Shown here piece by piece: positions 47,101 through 55,899 of a stretch of DNA of 64,000 bases (within the stretch, counting starts at the first letter, position 1; every line of letters begins with the position of its first letter). Both the position numbers and the translations under genes were made by a program. Source of the stretch: a virus; the IMG/VR virus record IMGVR_UViG_637000268_000004, positions 428-64,427 of that record. One strand, given 5' to 3'. The notes under the pieces were generated by a model that searched no databases, was not told the DNA's origin, and saw nothing but the letters and a program-made list of their open reading frames with translations.

Positions 47101-48647
47101 TTCCAATCGGTCTCTCGATTGAATAGCTCGGCCTCTTGGCGCGCTGCCTTGATCGACTTACCGGCTTGCAGCGCTTCGATTTCCACGAATTTCGCCGCGT
47201 TAGAGAGCATGCCGCCGCCGATTGCAGACAGTGACGACATGATCGCTTGGATCTCAGAGTTGACACCCATCATGGCGTCGGCCCAGCGTATCGTCTGAGA
47301 GGTGGCCTCCTCGGTGTCGGACACAGCCCTGCTAGATGCCGTAATGATGGCCTCCAGCTGAACTACTGCATCTGTCAAAGCTGAAGGCAGCTTTTGTCCC
47401 TCAGGGTAGAACTCTCGAATGATATCTAGGGCTTCTTTGGACTCTCTTTGGATGTCCTCAAGCGCTTGTGCTCCACGAAGCTCGTCAAAGCCTGCCTTGA
47501 TAGCGCGAATTTCTTCGGGCATGAGCCCGACGGCTTGAGCGGCTACATAAGCATCCTCTTCAAGTGCCTCGAAGTTCTCCTTGAATGTTTGGATCTGTTC
47601 AGAGGTGGCTCCGATCGACTTGTTTCGCTCCAACGCGGCAAGTGCATCTTCCATGGCAGAAATGGCAGATGCAGCATCACTCAGGTTCGCAAAAAGATCA
47701 AAGTTCTCAGTTTGCAAACCATCCAGTGCGCGCTTTATCGAGACCCCAGAGAGATACTCGTAGGTCTCTTTGACGTCCTCAGCAAAGATGCCAAACTCTT
47801 CTATTAGCTCCAGAGTTCCACGACGCGCGGCGTCAGCATACAGCGTGTAATCGTCGAGCGCCCCAACAAGCTCGCCCATCGCTTCAGAATTCAGGCGAGA
47901 CTGTTCCTCCATTTCCCTTGAAGCATCACCTACCTCGAGTAGCCCAACAGCCATTGGCCCCAGCACGCTGATCAGGGTACCGGCTGCAATACCGGCAATA
48001 CCGAACATGGCGCCAATATCGGCAGCCTGAATTGCTGCGGCTCCGAGATAGTCACCAGTAACAGATCCTTGTTGGCCCACCTGGCTCAGCTGAAGGCCAA
48101 TCTGCCTCAGATCATGGCTTCGTTCCTTGGAAAACAGCCCAAGAAAGCCTCTCGTTGGCGTGGAAGCCTTATCGGCCGCTGACGACGTGCCCAAATATCG
48201 CTGCTCTGCCAGCTGCAGCACGCGGTTTGCTTCTTGCTGCGTGACAAGGCCGGAACGCACAGCGTTTTCAGCCTGCTCTACCGCAGCCTCATATCGCTTG
48301 GATGAGGCGTAGACAGGATCGAGCGTTGAGCGCAGCCGATCAAAGGATTTGGCTTGCCGATCTAATTGCCCTGCCCACAGCTTTGCAGAAGCCGAAGCCG
48401 AGTTGGACGCCCGCTCCACACCTGTCAGCGCATCGATTTGCTTCTGTGCCGCAGAAGCTGCTTTCTTGAAACCATCATCCCAAGACCGCGCCATCCCTTC
48501 GGCGTGACGCAATGCATCTCGGCTGGTCTCTTCGAAACCAGTACGCAGATAACCAAGTGCCTTGCGCGCCCGAGCACTACCGGCCTCAAAAGAGGCGGTT
48601 TCCAACGATGCTTCGGCGCGCAGGGCGCCAACTGGGATTGCAGACAT
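44121..48647 (-). CDS. Tail tape measure protein
   Basis: Near-identical to the P1 TMP. Confidence 0.9.
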   Translation of the reverse strand: MSAIPVGALRAEASLETASFEAGSARARKALGYLRTGFEETSRDALRHAEGMARSWDDGFKKAASAAQKQIDALTGVERASNSASASAKLWAGQLDRQAKSFDRLRSTLDPVYASSKRYEAAVEQAENAVRSGLVTQQEANRVLQLAEQRYLGTSSAADKASTPTRGFLGLFSKERSHDLRQIGLQLSQVGQQGSVTGDYLGAAAIQAADIGAMFGIAGIAAGTLISVLGPMAVGLLEVGDASREMEEQSRLNSEAMGELVGALDDYTLYADAARRGTLELIEEFGIFAEDVKETYEYLSGVSIKRALDGLQTENFDLFANLSDAASAISAMEDALAALERNKSIGATSEQIQTFKENFEALEEDAYVAAQAVGLMPEEIRAIKAGFDELRGAQALEDIQRESKEALDIIREFYPEGQKLPSALTDAVVQLEAIITASSRAVSDTEEATSQTIRWADAMMGVNSEIQAIMSSLSAIGGGMLSNAAKFVEIEALQAGKSIKAARQEAELFNRETDWNARSQGANVFELMAIEAERWVFRSGQAADIMLDKEREAARERERALNKVSSASGKSTKALENELKALKASLDPMEAYRQELEKLAKFQGILSEDEMARAMRDLNVELADSLPLVGDLTDGLVDGLFNGFTDGLDGILDTFENWLKQMISVALKNEIVVPFMAAFSGGGAVAGGVAQAAAGGGSGLLGNVLGLGSGGAFSGAVSGISSGLGGVLSGGGLGSSFANLGGLVTGSVGGWGAVGAALPALGAVAAAVSFFTTKTKHLDNGLRVTADNMGTLVEEFDKVQKSRFWGLSKKVSLTFEEADEATAAPIRKSIEDITTSIGAAGAQLGLTADNFSSWSTQIQVSLKGLDEAARNAEIQRIFDTVADQFSYAALGSFNEAMGGRLIREGEDAAATLDALVSSITSANQAMELLNGAMFETSVYGADMARQLIDAAGGLDTFNASVNSYFTNFYSQEEQLTSRTGLLADQFEALNVAMPATKEAFRDLVEAQDLSTEEGRVLYAGLLNLSGEFANLSQLSEELYGSASLAASGISALVRSFSSDVLGAEDELADAQATALVEYNNVMRIMDLQIRSAQSARDSIKGIFDILSDGLGARTPLELEAQRLQRERLKTELSAGIDDPQRLREVVQGLNAPAEQFFSTYADFAYDYARTSALMDEQKGIAEEQLTEAEQQLRVLENQKRAIEELYGPLLGIDQNTDNLEEAMERLETAMLGVEAAMLRVEDSMYALAQALLSAVSGIGGTGGLMGLGRDAFDQFSFDRTNGILSEKGAGVLDGVAAQINGLYQDVFGRNVDVSGLDFYGDLLQSGQVKAGRIQYDLMTSGEAQTGVTPGFGNIGSAAQPVDPVEALYGSMLGRAADPAGVEFWKSTGLQGEALINAFRDGALAAGDTPSFDGGGYTGSGPRVGGIDGKGGFLAMLHPRETVIDHTRTNRSGGQAEGDSSAVVQELRKIGERLAVLESHARATTYNTGKAMRTQTKWDRDGVPKERTE

Positions 48648-48714
48648 ATGCTTGCTCCAGTGAGGGGAAACGTGAATGATCCCCATGAATTGGATTCAGG
48701 AGGACTTTGAGGTG

Positions 48715-49014
48715 ATGAGGTTTTTGGTTGTAGCTGCGGGACTAATCGCATTTCAGGCGCCTGCCGCAGGGGCGCGAGGCTTCGATGTTCCGCATAGGGA
48801 TTGTATCAATCTCTTGGATGAGATTTACGACCTGCCCGCAGCTCTGGATAAGGTTTACGAGGCTCACTCAAGGCTACTGACGAAAGAGCAGAACCCCTCT
48901 CCAGAACTTGAAAAGATTGCAACGCACCTGAAAGAGATGCGCCGAACTCATATAAAAGAATGGAAGGGCATTCCCGAAGAGCTTCGGGCCTACTGCGAAG
49001 GATTGAAGTTCTAG
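48715..49014 (+). CDS. Small exported protein (moron)
   Basis: Signal-peptide-like MRFLVVAAGLIAFQAPAAGA; two Cys; antisense to the tail operon. Confidence 0.65.
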   Translation: MRFLVVAAGLIAFQAPAAGARGFDVPHRDCINLLDEIYDLPAALDKVYEAHSRLLTKEQNPSPELEKIATHLKEMRRTHIKEWKGIPEELRAYCEGLKF

Positions 49015-49054
49015 CCCGCCCCTTGCGGGGCGAGCAGCCTGCAAAAAGCGTTTA

Positions 49055-50005
49055 CTACAAATCTTCTTTACGTGCGGCGACAACCTCTCGGAAAACCATC
49101 AATGGTGTCATGCCATGCGCCGCTTTTGGTCTGCCGAGAAGAGTTCTGAATGCCGGCGCCAGATTTTCAAAAAGCTTCATGACCATTTCTTCGCCGTCGG
49201 GCGAAACATCTCGAGCGCTTTGAGAGCCTAAAGTTGGCTCCGCGTCGAGAATTCCCAACATTGCCCAATCGCCAGGAACATCTGTACCATGTTTAAGCGC
49301 GATTTCCGACGGTGGCGTAGCGAGCCCTGAGGTGTCCATAGTGCACCAAACCCTGTTACCGTTTGCGTCTAAAACTTCAGCTTGGGCAGTATGTGGCAGC
49401 GTGGGTGCCATGTCCTTGAAGAGATCAAGGCTGAATTGTGCTTCTGCAAGGGCCTCTTTGGCGATTCGGACACTTGCTCTCATCTCCGGTGTTTCTTTTA
49501 CACCTTTAGGCAATTTTGGAATTGTAGGAAGGCTCTCTTGGATCTTTCCCTGCACGGACTTCATCGACCAAAGCCCCGCCACCATCTGAAGATCGAAGAT
49601 CGATAACTTGCCTTTCACCAGAACGAGTTGCCCCAAGCAGGCGTCAGACAATCCTCGTTGAATTAGGCCTTTTTCATCTAGCGTGTCGAGGAGGGCCCGA
49701 GCATTTGACCACATTGGGTCATAAACGCGCTGAATCTCTTCTGCGTGAGACCGGCGGGTGATCTCCTTGGTGTCGTTCTTGGCAGACAGGACCCCAGGAA
49801 GGCCGCCGGTCACAGCTAGAGCGGCGTCGCTGTCTCTTCCCTCTTCAGCTGATTTTCCGGTGGAGACTGACTGTAAGTGCCCGGCTGGATCGAATTGGGC
49901 CAATAGCGATGCGATGCGACGTCCATCGTGATACAAAAAGTCAAAGACGGAATCGGTGATCTGACTTCCGCGCGCCTCGCTTGATGTCTCTTTTTGCTTC
50001 GTCAT
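49055..50005 (-). CDS. Moron protein (DUF6414-like)
   Basis: DFLYHD..RIASLLAQF N-terminus and LLGRP..HGMTPL.VFRE C-terminus. Confidence 0.65.
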   Translation of the reverse strand: MTKQKETSSEARGSQITDSVFDFLYHDGRRIASLLAQFDPAGHLQSVSTGKSAEEGRDSDAALAVTGGLPGVLSAKNDTKEITRRSHAEEIQRVYDPMWSNARALLDTLDEKGLIQRGLSDACLGQLVLVKGKLSIFDLQMVAGLWSMKSVQGKIQESLPTIPKLPKGVKETPEMRASVRIAKEALAEAQFSLDLFKDMAPTLPHTAQAEVLDANGNRVWCTMDTSGLATPPSEIALKHGTDVPGDWAMLGILDAEPTLGSQSARDVSPDGEEMVMKLFENLAPAFRTLLGRPKAAHGMTPLMVFREVVAARKEDL

Positions 50006-50075
50006 GTTTTCGATCAACCTCCTTGCTTTCCTCAAGGAGCTCTTCGCGGCGGTTCAAAATCCTGTTTTTCAACAT
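49941..50075 (-). CDS. Small basic/charged protein overlapping the DUF6414-like start
   Basis: 44 aa ending ...GARKSDHRFRL; overlaps the next gene by 65 nt in another frame. Confidence 0.45.
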   Translation of the reverse strand: MLKNRILNRREELLEESKEVDRKHDEAKRDIKRGARKSDHRFRL

Positions 50076-50198
50076 CTTAAATCTACCCAAAATGCAGGCC
50101 TTTGTTTCTGGCTTTTCCTTAGCTTTTTGCATGGCCCGGCCTCGTAAAATCGGCTCCTGGAAAGCAGAACTTTAGGGACGTGACACTCACATGTCGAG

Positions 50199-50656
50199 TC
50201 ACGACCCCGCCATTGCAGACAGAGCCGCGCCCACTTTGTCCGAAAGCTTCTTGCGCTCCATCGCAACGCCAGGATCGTTATCCGGCCTGTCGTCATAGGC
50301 TGGAGAAACCTGCATAGGCCTCTGGCCTCGCGCCATACCGGCGACATATGACACGCTCATCGCGCGGACCTGCTTGGCCTCCCACGGCTCAAGATTAAGG
50401 CCCGACTCTTTCGAGAAGGCCCGGATCTCGGACCAAGCGACCGGCTCAGCACCACCCATCTGATCGAAGGAGCACCAGCCAAGGCCCTCCTGCGCCATCA
50501 TGTCCAGAAGGTATTCGACCCCGGATATATCAGGCAATGCGAAGTCGATGCCCTCTCTCTGCCAGAGCTTGAAGCGGCTGGTTTTCCATTCTTCAGGCCT
50601 TGCTGCAAGGAAACCGGCCTGGGCTGCATAGAGCGTCAGCCGGCGGAGGCGTTTCC
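50199..50656 (-). CDS. Tail assembly chaperone GT-like extension (-1 frame)
   Basis: Slippery GGGAAAC at 50651-50657; -1 frame open. Confidence 0.75.
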
Positions 50657-51085
50657 CAAGTAGCCGCCGCGCTTAGCGGAGAACTCAGCAGCCTGTTCAG
50701 CAAATGACTTTTCGCCTTCCTGACCATTAAAGCGATTCAGGCCAAAGAACCATTTCGCGTCACGCTTCGTAGCGGGTTTGTCACCGTTGAAAACATTGTT
50801 GAAACCGACCACACGGGGAAGCAATCCTTCGACCAACTTATCGTGGATCTGGTCATACGATACACCTTCGTCATCCGTATCACCTTCGGCGTCCTGCGAA
50901 TTGGCGCGCGCCTTCTGAAGCTCGCGCATCGCTGCACGAACAGACGGAGCTTCAGAACCCAGAAGGATTACCTCACAAGGCTTGCCATCCTCAGTGAACA
51001 GTGGCGCCAAGGTGGCCGGGTCTTTCAGTTGCATAGCTGCGCCTTTTTCTGCGGCAGAAACGCTGTCGAACTTGTTGAAATCCAT
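50636..51085 (-). CDS. Tail assembly chaperone (G-like)
   Basis: Identical protein to 10846-11295. Confidence 0.8.
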   Translation of the reverse strand: MDFNKFDSVSAAEKGAAMQLKDPATLAPLFTEDGKPCEVILLGSEAPSVRAAMRELQKARANSQDAEGDTDDEGVSYDQIHDKLVEGLLPRVVGFNNVFNGDKPATKRDAKWFFGLNRFNGQEGEKSFAEQAAEFSAKRGGYLGNASAG

Positions 51086-51183
51086 ATCATCATCCTTTGG
51101 TTCAGTGGTTCAAACAGGCCGGGGGAACGAACCACCTTCCGCCCGGCCCTACCGTTCCTGAGAACGGATCAGCGCGCGGCAGG

Positions 51184-51633
51184 TTAGGCTGCGGCCTTCT
51201 TCAGGATCTCGTCGGGCATGATCTCAATCGAGGTAGTCGCCGTCACAACGTCATCGACACCGCCGATGCTCGGCTTGAACGACATGACCAGACCCACAAG
51301 GTAGTAGATCGTGCCATCTTGGAGTGTCACGGCGATGTAGACAGGATCATCGCTTTCGAGAGCGGTTTCCATTGCAGCTTGGCCCGCGTCGTCGGGGTCA
51401 AGCGCGAGGCTGGGGCTCAGGGTGCCGTTATTGAAGCTACCCTTGCCTTTCTTCGTGCCGCGGGTGGCCAGCGGGTTGTGAGTCACAAGTTGCCACTCCT
51501 TGCCGAACTCACCCACGTTCGTGATTTCACCAACGGAAGTGAAGGTGAGAGCGTCAAAGCCGGTGATGTCGTGAGTTGCGGGTGCAGCGGCCGAAATGCC
51601 GAGTGTCACCCCAGAGGCGGTCTGGTGCGCCAT
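51184..51633 (-). CDS. Major tail tube protein
   Basis: Identical to 11394-11843. Confidence 0.8.
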   Translation of the reverse strand: MAHQTASGVTLGISAAAPATHDITGFDALTFTSVGEITNVGEFGKEWQLVTHNPLATRGTKKGKGSFNNGTLSPSLALDPDDAGQAAMETALESDDPVYIAVTLQDGTIYYLVGLVMSFKPSIGGVDDVVTATTSIEIMPDEILKKAAA

Positions 51634-51693
51634 ATCAGTTTCCTTTCAGGATAGAGAGAAAGCGCCTAGGGGCGCGGATTTATAGGCCGAGGC

Positions 51694-51978
51694 CTATTCT
51701 TTCGGAACGACAGCCAATGGGGCGGAGAACTCAGCCATCACCTCGCCGTCGGACTCGACCGCTTCGGAGACTTTCCCCCGGTAGGTCACGCCGTTCTTCA
51801 GAGTGAACTCGAGAACATCACCCGGTTTGGGCAGCGGGCCTTTGAAAAGAGCGAAGGGATGCGTGGGCTTATTTTGCTCCATGGGCATGCGCTTCAGTTC
51901 GACACCTGTGACAACCATCGGTGCAGCGTCTTTGGATGCAGGTTTTGAGGCCGCCGAAGCGGTTTTCTTTGCGGTCAT
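51694..51978 (-). CDS. Hypothetical tail-region protein
   Basis: Identical to 11904-12188. Confidence 0.65.
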   Translation of the reverse strand: MTAKKTASAASKPASKDAAPMVVTGVELKRMPMEQNKPTHPFALFKGPLPKPGDVLEFTLKNGVTYRGKVSEAVESDGEVMAEFSAPLAVVPKE

Positions 51979-52019
51979 TGAATGATCCTTTCGAGGGTGA
52001 TTGAGGCTGTTTCAGCCAG

Positions 52020-52373
52020 TCAGTCGCGATAAGTGATCGCGAATGTCAGAGAGACCCGGTGTGCAGCCGAGGCATCGCCGCTGTTGCTGTCTCGGATCGC
52101 AGTGAGAAGCGCACTGACGATCGGGCCGCCGCGGTATCCTTCCAGTAAAGCCCGGACTTCACGAGACGCGCCGATAGCTTGATTATAGGTCGCGCCCCAG
52201 CAGTCGATCTGAGTGGAGCCTTGCATCAGCCCCTTGCTGTTCAGGGTGTGGTAGCGCTTCCCCGACATACGGGTCATGGTCACGCGTGGCATGGTCTCCC
52301 CATCGCTGAAGAAGCCCCACTTCACCGGGCAACTCAGGGCGTCGGAGAGAGTTGAATACAGGTGCTCTTCCAT
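52020..52373 (-). CDS. Tail terminator (DUF3168-like)
   Basis: Paralogue of 12230-12583. Confidence 0.75.
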   Translation of the reverse strand: MEEHLYSTLSDALSCPVKWGFFSDGETMPRVTMTRMSGKRYHTLNSKGLMQGSTQIDCWGATYNQAIGASREVRALLEGYRGGPIVSALLTAIRDSNSGDASAAHRVSLTFAITYRD

Positions 52374-52828
52374 TAGAAGCCTCGCTTTGCGCGGCGCGCC
52401 AGGGTCGCCTCGATCTCTTCTCGCAAGGACGCGGCCAGTCCCTCTAGGATCTGCCCACGGAATGCATCCCAGGAAGGTGTCAACATCGGTCGAGGCGAGA
52501 CCGCACCAACGTACTTTCCGCTTTCGTGAAAGCGAGGCTCTGTGCCAAATTCCAGTAGATGCGAGTGAGGTGCGGAAGGAGTTGCGCCAACATACATAGT
52601 CACCGCAGTGGTGCTGCTTTTGGCTTTTTGCAGGTTTCTCTTGAGCTTGGAGGAAACAGCGAATGCACTGTCGTCGGCGCCAGGCCATAGCCCGTTCGCC
52701 ATATCTGCGACCGGCTGCAGCTCCTTCGACAGCGCGCGGCGCACAACCGCCTTGGAGGTGGCCTTGGGCAGCGCCGCCAGTGCATTGTCGATCTCTCGAA
52801 GCCCCTCGACCTTGAATGACGCCTTCAT
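52373..52828 (-). CDS. HK97 gp10-like protein
   Basis: Paralogue of 12583-13038; last gene of the shared block. Confidence 0.8.
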   Translation of the reverse strand: MKASFKVEGLREIDNALAALPKATSKAVVRRALSKELQPVADMANGLWPGADDSAFAVSSKLKRNLQKAKSSTTAVTMYVGATPSAPHSHLLEFGTEPRFHESGKYVGAVSPRPMLTPSWDAFRGQILEGLAASLREEIEATLARRAKRGF

Positions 52829-53163
52829 GTGCCACTCTCGCAGATGAAATCTAGATACTGGCGCGGCTTTTCCCGGTTCGGCTCCACCGCGCGGATGTTG
52901 TAAACAGTGCCCTTACCGATATCCCGCAACTGCCACCGAGTGGTGCCATCGGTGCCGATAACCGCCGTGGATACCGACTTACGCACGGTGGCGACGATGG
53001 CCTGCGTGCCAGACAGCCGCCCAGCCTGAACCTTCTCCCCACCGCGCAGGTAGGTGAATTCGGCGCGGGTGCTGAAGCGCTCAATCGGCTCTTTGTCTTT
53101 CCCACCGAAGCTGTCACCGCCGCCGACAAGCTCGTCAAAGGCCACGCGCTCGATCAGCCTCAT
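52825..53163 (-). CDS. Head closure / adaptor
   Basis: RLIERVAFDE N-terminus; position. Confidence 0.75.
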   Translation of the reverse strand: MRLIERVAFDELVGGGDSFGGKDKEPIERFSTRAEFTYLRGGEKVQAGRLSGTQAIVATVRKSVSTAVIGTDGTTRWQLRDIGKGTVYNIRAVEPNREKPRQYLDFICESGT

Positions 53164-53735
53164 CAGATCGCCACCCAGCGATAGGGCCGGATTAGCGCCT
53201 CGACACCCATCGGCAGCGCCTCGCTCGGCTCCGTGGTGCGGGTCTCGTACCATGTGGCTGCCAGCGCCTTGACTGCCAGTTTCAGGTTCGCCGGCACATC
53301 GGCCGCCGCACCAAACCCGCAGGTGAATTGCACGGTGATCGGCGCCGGGTTGCCGCTCTCCAGCGTCGGTAGGCCGAAATCATCGGACAGGTGAACCAGC
53401 GTGCCGGTCGCGACCGGAAGCCGGTCGACATGCTCCGCCGCAACCGTCTGCTCGGCCCCTTCCGCATCCGCGTAACTGATCGCCACGGCGGAAACATCCG
53501 GCACCGGCAGGCACATTTCGCGCGCCCAGGACGCACGCTGCACCTGCCACGTCTGCGTGACCATGGCCCGCCCCAGAACGCCGCGGAAGCCGTCAAGATA
53601 CGCAACAGCCGCGTCCCGCAGGCCGGTCAGAAGGGCATCATCGTCGGCGAAATCGACGGTTGCCTGTGCCTTCACCTCGTCCAGCGTGACGGGGCTTTCG
53701 GCCGGGGGCGCGGTGAGAATGGGGCGGAACTTCAC
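53163..53735 (-). CDS. Head-tail connector (gp6-like)
   Basis: PVTLDEVKAQ...LKLAVKALAATWYETR. Confidence 0.85.
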   Translation of the reverse strand: MKFRPILTAPPAESPVTLDEVKAQATVDFADDDALLTGLRDAAVAYLDGFRGVLGRAMVTQTWQVQRASWAREMCLPVPDVSAVAISYADAEGAEQTVAAEHVDRLPVATGTLVHLSDDFGLPTLESGNPAPITVQFTCGFGAAADVPANLKLAVKALAATWYETRTTEPSEALPMGVEALIRPYRWVAI

Positions 53736-53914
53736 TTGCCGCGCGCCTTGTTCTTCGGCACAGCGCGGGCCTTGTTCAGGACTTCCGGCGCCTTCTTACG
53801 CAGGACGCCGTTGACAACGAGGTGAGCCACGTCAGAAGGCTTCGCCTCGCGAGTGTCACCCTCCTCATAGAACTTATCGCCTTGGTGGCGGCGCATGACT
53901 TCATACTTTTCCAT
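53732..53914 (-). CDS. Small basic head-associated hypothetical protein
   Basis: ATG after AAGGAG, between capsid and connector. Confidence 0.6.
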   Translation of the reverse strand: MEKYEVMRRHQGDKFYEEGDTREAKPSDVAHLVVNGVLRKKAPEVLNKARAVPKNKARGK

Positions 53915-53976
53915 GACGGTCTCCTTTCGGCTCATAGAGAGGGCGAGCTTCCCCGCCCTCCTTGATCAGCCGACGC

Positions 53977-55188
53977 TTAGGCCACGTAGCCCAGATCGCC
54001 GTAGATAAACGCTTCGGGGCGGAATATCGCCAGCGCCAGACGCTCCTCGGCCAGGATGGTGACGAGGTTCTTGGTGAAGTCGTCATTCTCGTAGCCGGTT
54101 TCGACCGTCGCATCCCAGCGGTCGAAGATCTGAGCACCCATGTTGAACGCACCGGTCAGGAACTTGTCCACGGTGATCGCCTGTGTAGCCACAACCGGCA
54201 GGCCCCAGAGGGTCGGCGCGATGGTGCCTTGCGGCTTGCCGATGATGTAGTTGGCGTTGCCGTCCTTGGTCAGCTCGATCCGTGCCCAGTCGGTCGGGTG
54301 CATCACGTGTCCCGTTGCCGGGTATTCAGCCAGAGCCGCTTGCAGCATGGCGAGGCGCATCTTGTCGATTGCGGTCTCGGATGCCGGCGCAAACGCCGCC
54401 GAATAGGCTGTGGCGTTGGTGATCAGGCCGGACAGGTTCTGGCCGGTGCCGTCACCGTTCAAAAGCTGGTTTTCTTCCGCCAGCGCCAGGCCGAACAGCA
54501 GGCGCTGGTCGATCATCGAGCGCAGGGCGGAAACATCATCCAGCGCCTGGCGCGATGCCTTCATCCAGTGCGCGATCACCTTGGCAGTGGTGGTTTTCAC
54601 GTCCAGCTTGATATCTGAGGACGGCTTTGCAGCGCCTTCGGCCACCGGAGCCGCGTTGTTGTTGAAACCGGTCTCCTGCACGTACTCGATGGTGTTGCCA
54701 TCCATGCGGCCCTGCGCCAGCAGATCGCGGATGGTCAGGCGGCGCTGCGGCAAGCCCTGGATGCCCGGCAGGCGGGTCGGGGCTACACCATCGCCAACGG
54801 CGCCATCTGTGTCAGTGGTCGCCAGGGTCAGGGTCGCCTTGGTTTCCAGCTTCGCCTTGCTGTGACGGTCAAAGCCGCCGTCCTTGAACGACTTGAAGCC
54901 CTCGCTCTCAACGAAGCGCTGTCCCAGCGACTTTTCGCCGTCGCTACCTTCGCCGCCCGCGCCGCGCGCCAGCTTTTGCTCCAGCGCGTCCAGAGACGCT
55001 TTGAAGCCGTTCATTTCGGTCAGGGCCTCGTCGGCCTTTTCCTTCAGGTCGTTCGCCAACTTTTCGCCGCTCTGAGCTTTGCCCAGGGCTTCCTCGGCAA
55101 TGGCCTTGACGGCATCAACGCTCTTGGCGTGGTCGGCTTTGATTTCGGCAGCGAGTTCCGCCACCGACCTGGTGTTTTCTTCAGCCAT
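53977..55188 (-). CDS. Major capsid protein (HK97 family)
   Basis: IAHWMKASRQALDD, EENQLLNGDG, AEERLALA motifs. Confidence 0.95.
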   Translation of the reverse strand: MAEENTRSVAELAAEIKADHAKSVDAVKAIAEEALGKAQSGEKLANDLKEKADEALTEMNGFKASLDALEQKLARGAGGEGSDGEKSLGQRFVESEGFKSFKDGGFDRHSKAKLETKATLTLATTDTDGAVGDGVAPTRLPGIQGLPQRRLTIRDLLAQGRMDGNTIEYVQETGFNNNAAPVAEGAAKPSSDIKLDVKTTTAKVIAHWMKASRQALDDVSALRSMIDQRLLFGLALAEENQLLNGDGTGQNLSGLITNATAYSAAFAPASETAIDKMRLAMLQAALAEYPATGHVMHPTDWARIELTKDGNANYIIGKPQGTIAPTLWGLPVVATQAITVDKFLTGAFNMGAQIFDRWDATVETGYENDDFTKNLVTILAEERLALAIFRPEAFIYGDLGYVA

Positions 55189-55212
55189 GATAGGCTCCTA
55201 TGTCAGGTGGGT

Positions 55213-55899
55213 TTATGCCCGCAGTGCTTCAAGCAATGCACGGGCTTCAGTTGCCGCTGCCGGTTCCCCCGGCCCTTTCAGGTGGATGCGTGCGGCACGC
55301 TCCGCCTGTGAGTTCGAAAGCCCCAAGCTCCCCTTGAGCAGCGTTTCAAACTCTCGCTCAGTGAGCCGATCCCCGGCTTTGAGCTTTTCCGTGATTTCGT
55401 GAGCGGCCTTGGCCGCCTTCACGCTGGTGATCGTCGCGCTCTCGTTGGCTCCGATAGAGACAATCGAGACCTCGAACAGATCCAGCTTTTCGAGATACCA
55501 GACGCCATTGTCATCATCGACCCGGAAGCCGCCCGGGGTGATCCGGTAGCCGATGGACAGGCCGTCGATATCGCCCGCCTTGAGCAGAGCAGCCGCCTCG
55601 CGGCCACGCTGGACGCCCATATTCAAGCGCCCGCGGATCAGCAGGCCGGTTTCATCTTCCTCGGCCTCCAGCAACTTACCGATGGGCTGCGAGGGGTCAT
55701 GCTGCCATAACAGCTTGGGCATGGTGCCTTTGGCCTTGTGCTCTGCCAGGCTGTCAGCGAAAGCCCCCGCCACCACCACATCGCCATAGCTGTCAGGCTC
55801 GCCGCCGAAAGTGCTGCCGTAGCCCTCGAATTCGCCGGTTTCCTCGTCCAGTGCCTTGATCGAAAGGATCGGAGCCGCCGCCTTATGCATCATCGTCAT
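55213..55899 (-). CDS. HK97-type prohead protease
   Basis: FEGYGS, LLWQHD, GLSIGY, EVSIVS..AN. Confidence 0.92.
   Translation of the reverse strand: MTMMHKAAAPILSIKALDEETGEFEGYGSTFGGEPDSYGDVVVAGAFADSLAEHKAKGTMPKLLWQHDPSQPIGKLLEAEEDETGLLIRGRLNMGVQRGREAAALLKAGDIDGLSIGYRITPGGFRVDDDNGVWYLEKLDLFEVSIVSIGANESATITSVKAAKAAHEITEKLKAGDRLTEREFETLLKGSLGLSNSQAERAARIHLKGPGEPAAATEARALLEALRA

Noticed and set aside
620-52828. Duplicated tail/lysis block as an assembly artefact
   Set aside because: The copies differ by many mostly synonymous substitutions and by distinct internal cassettes, which fits real divergence; read support is still unchecked
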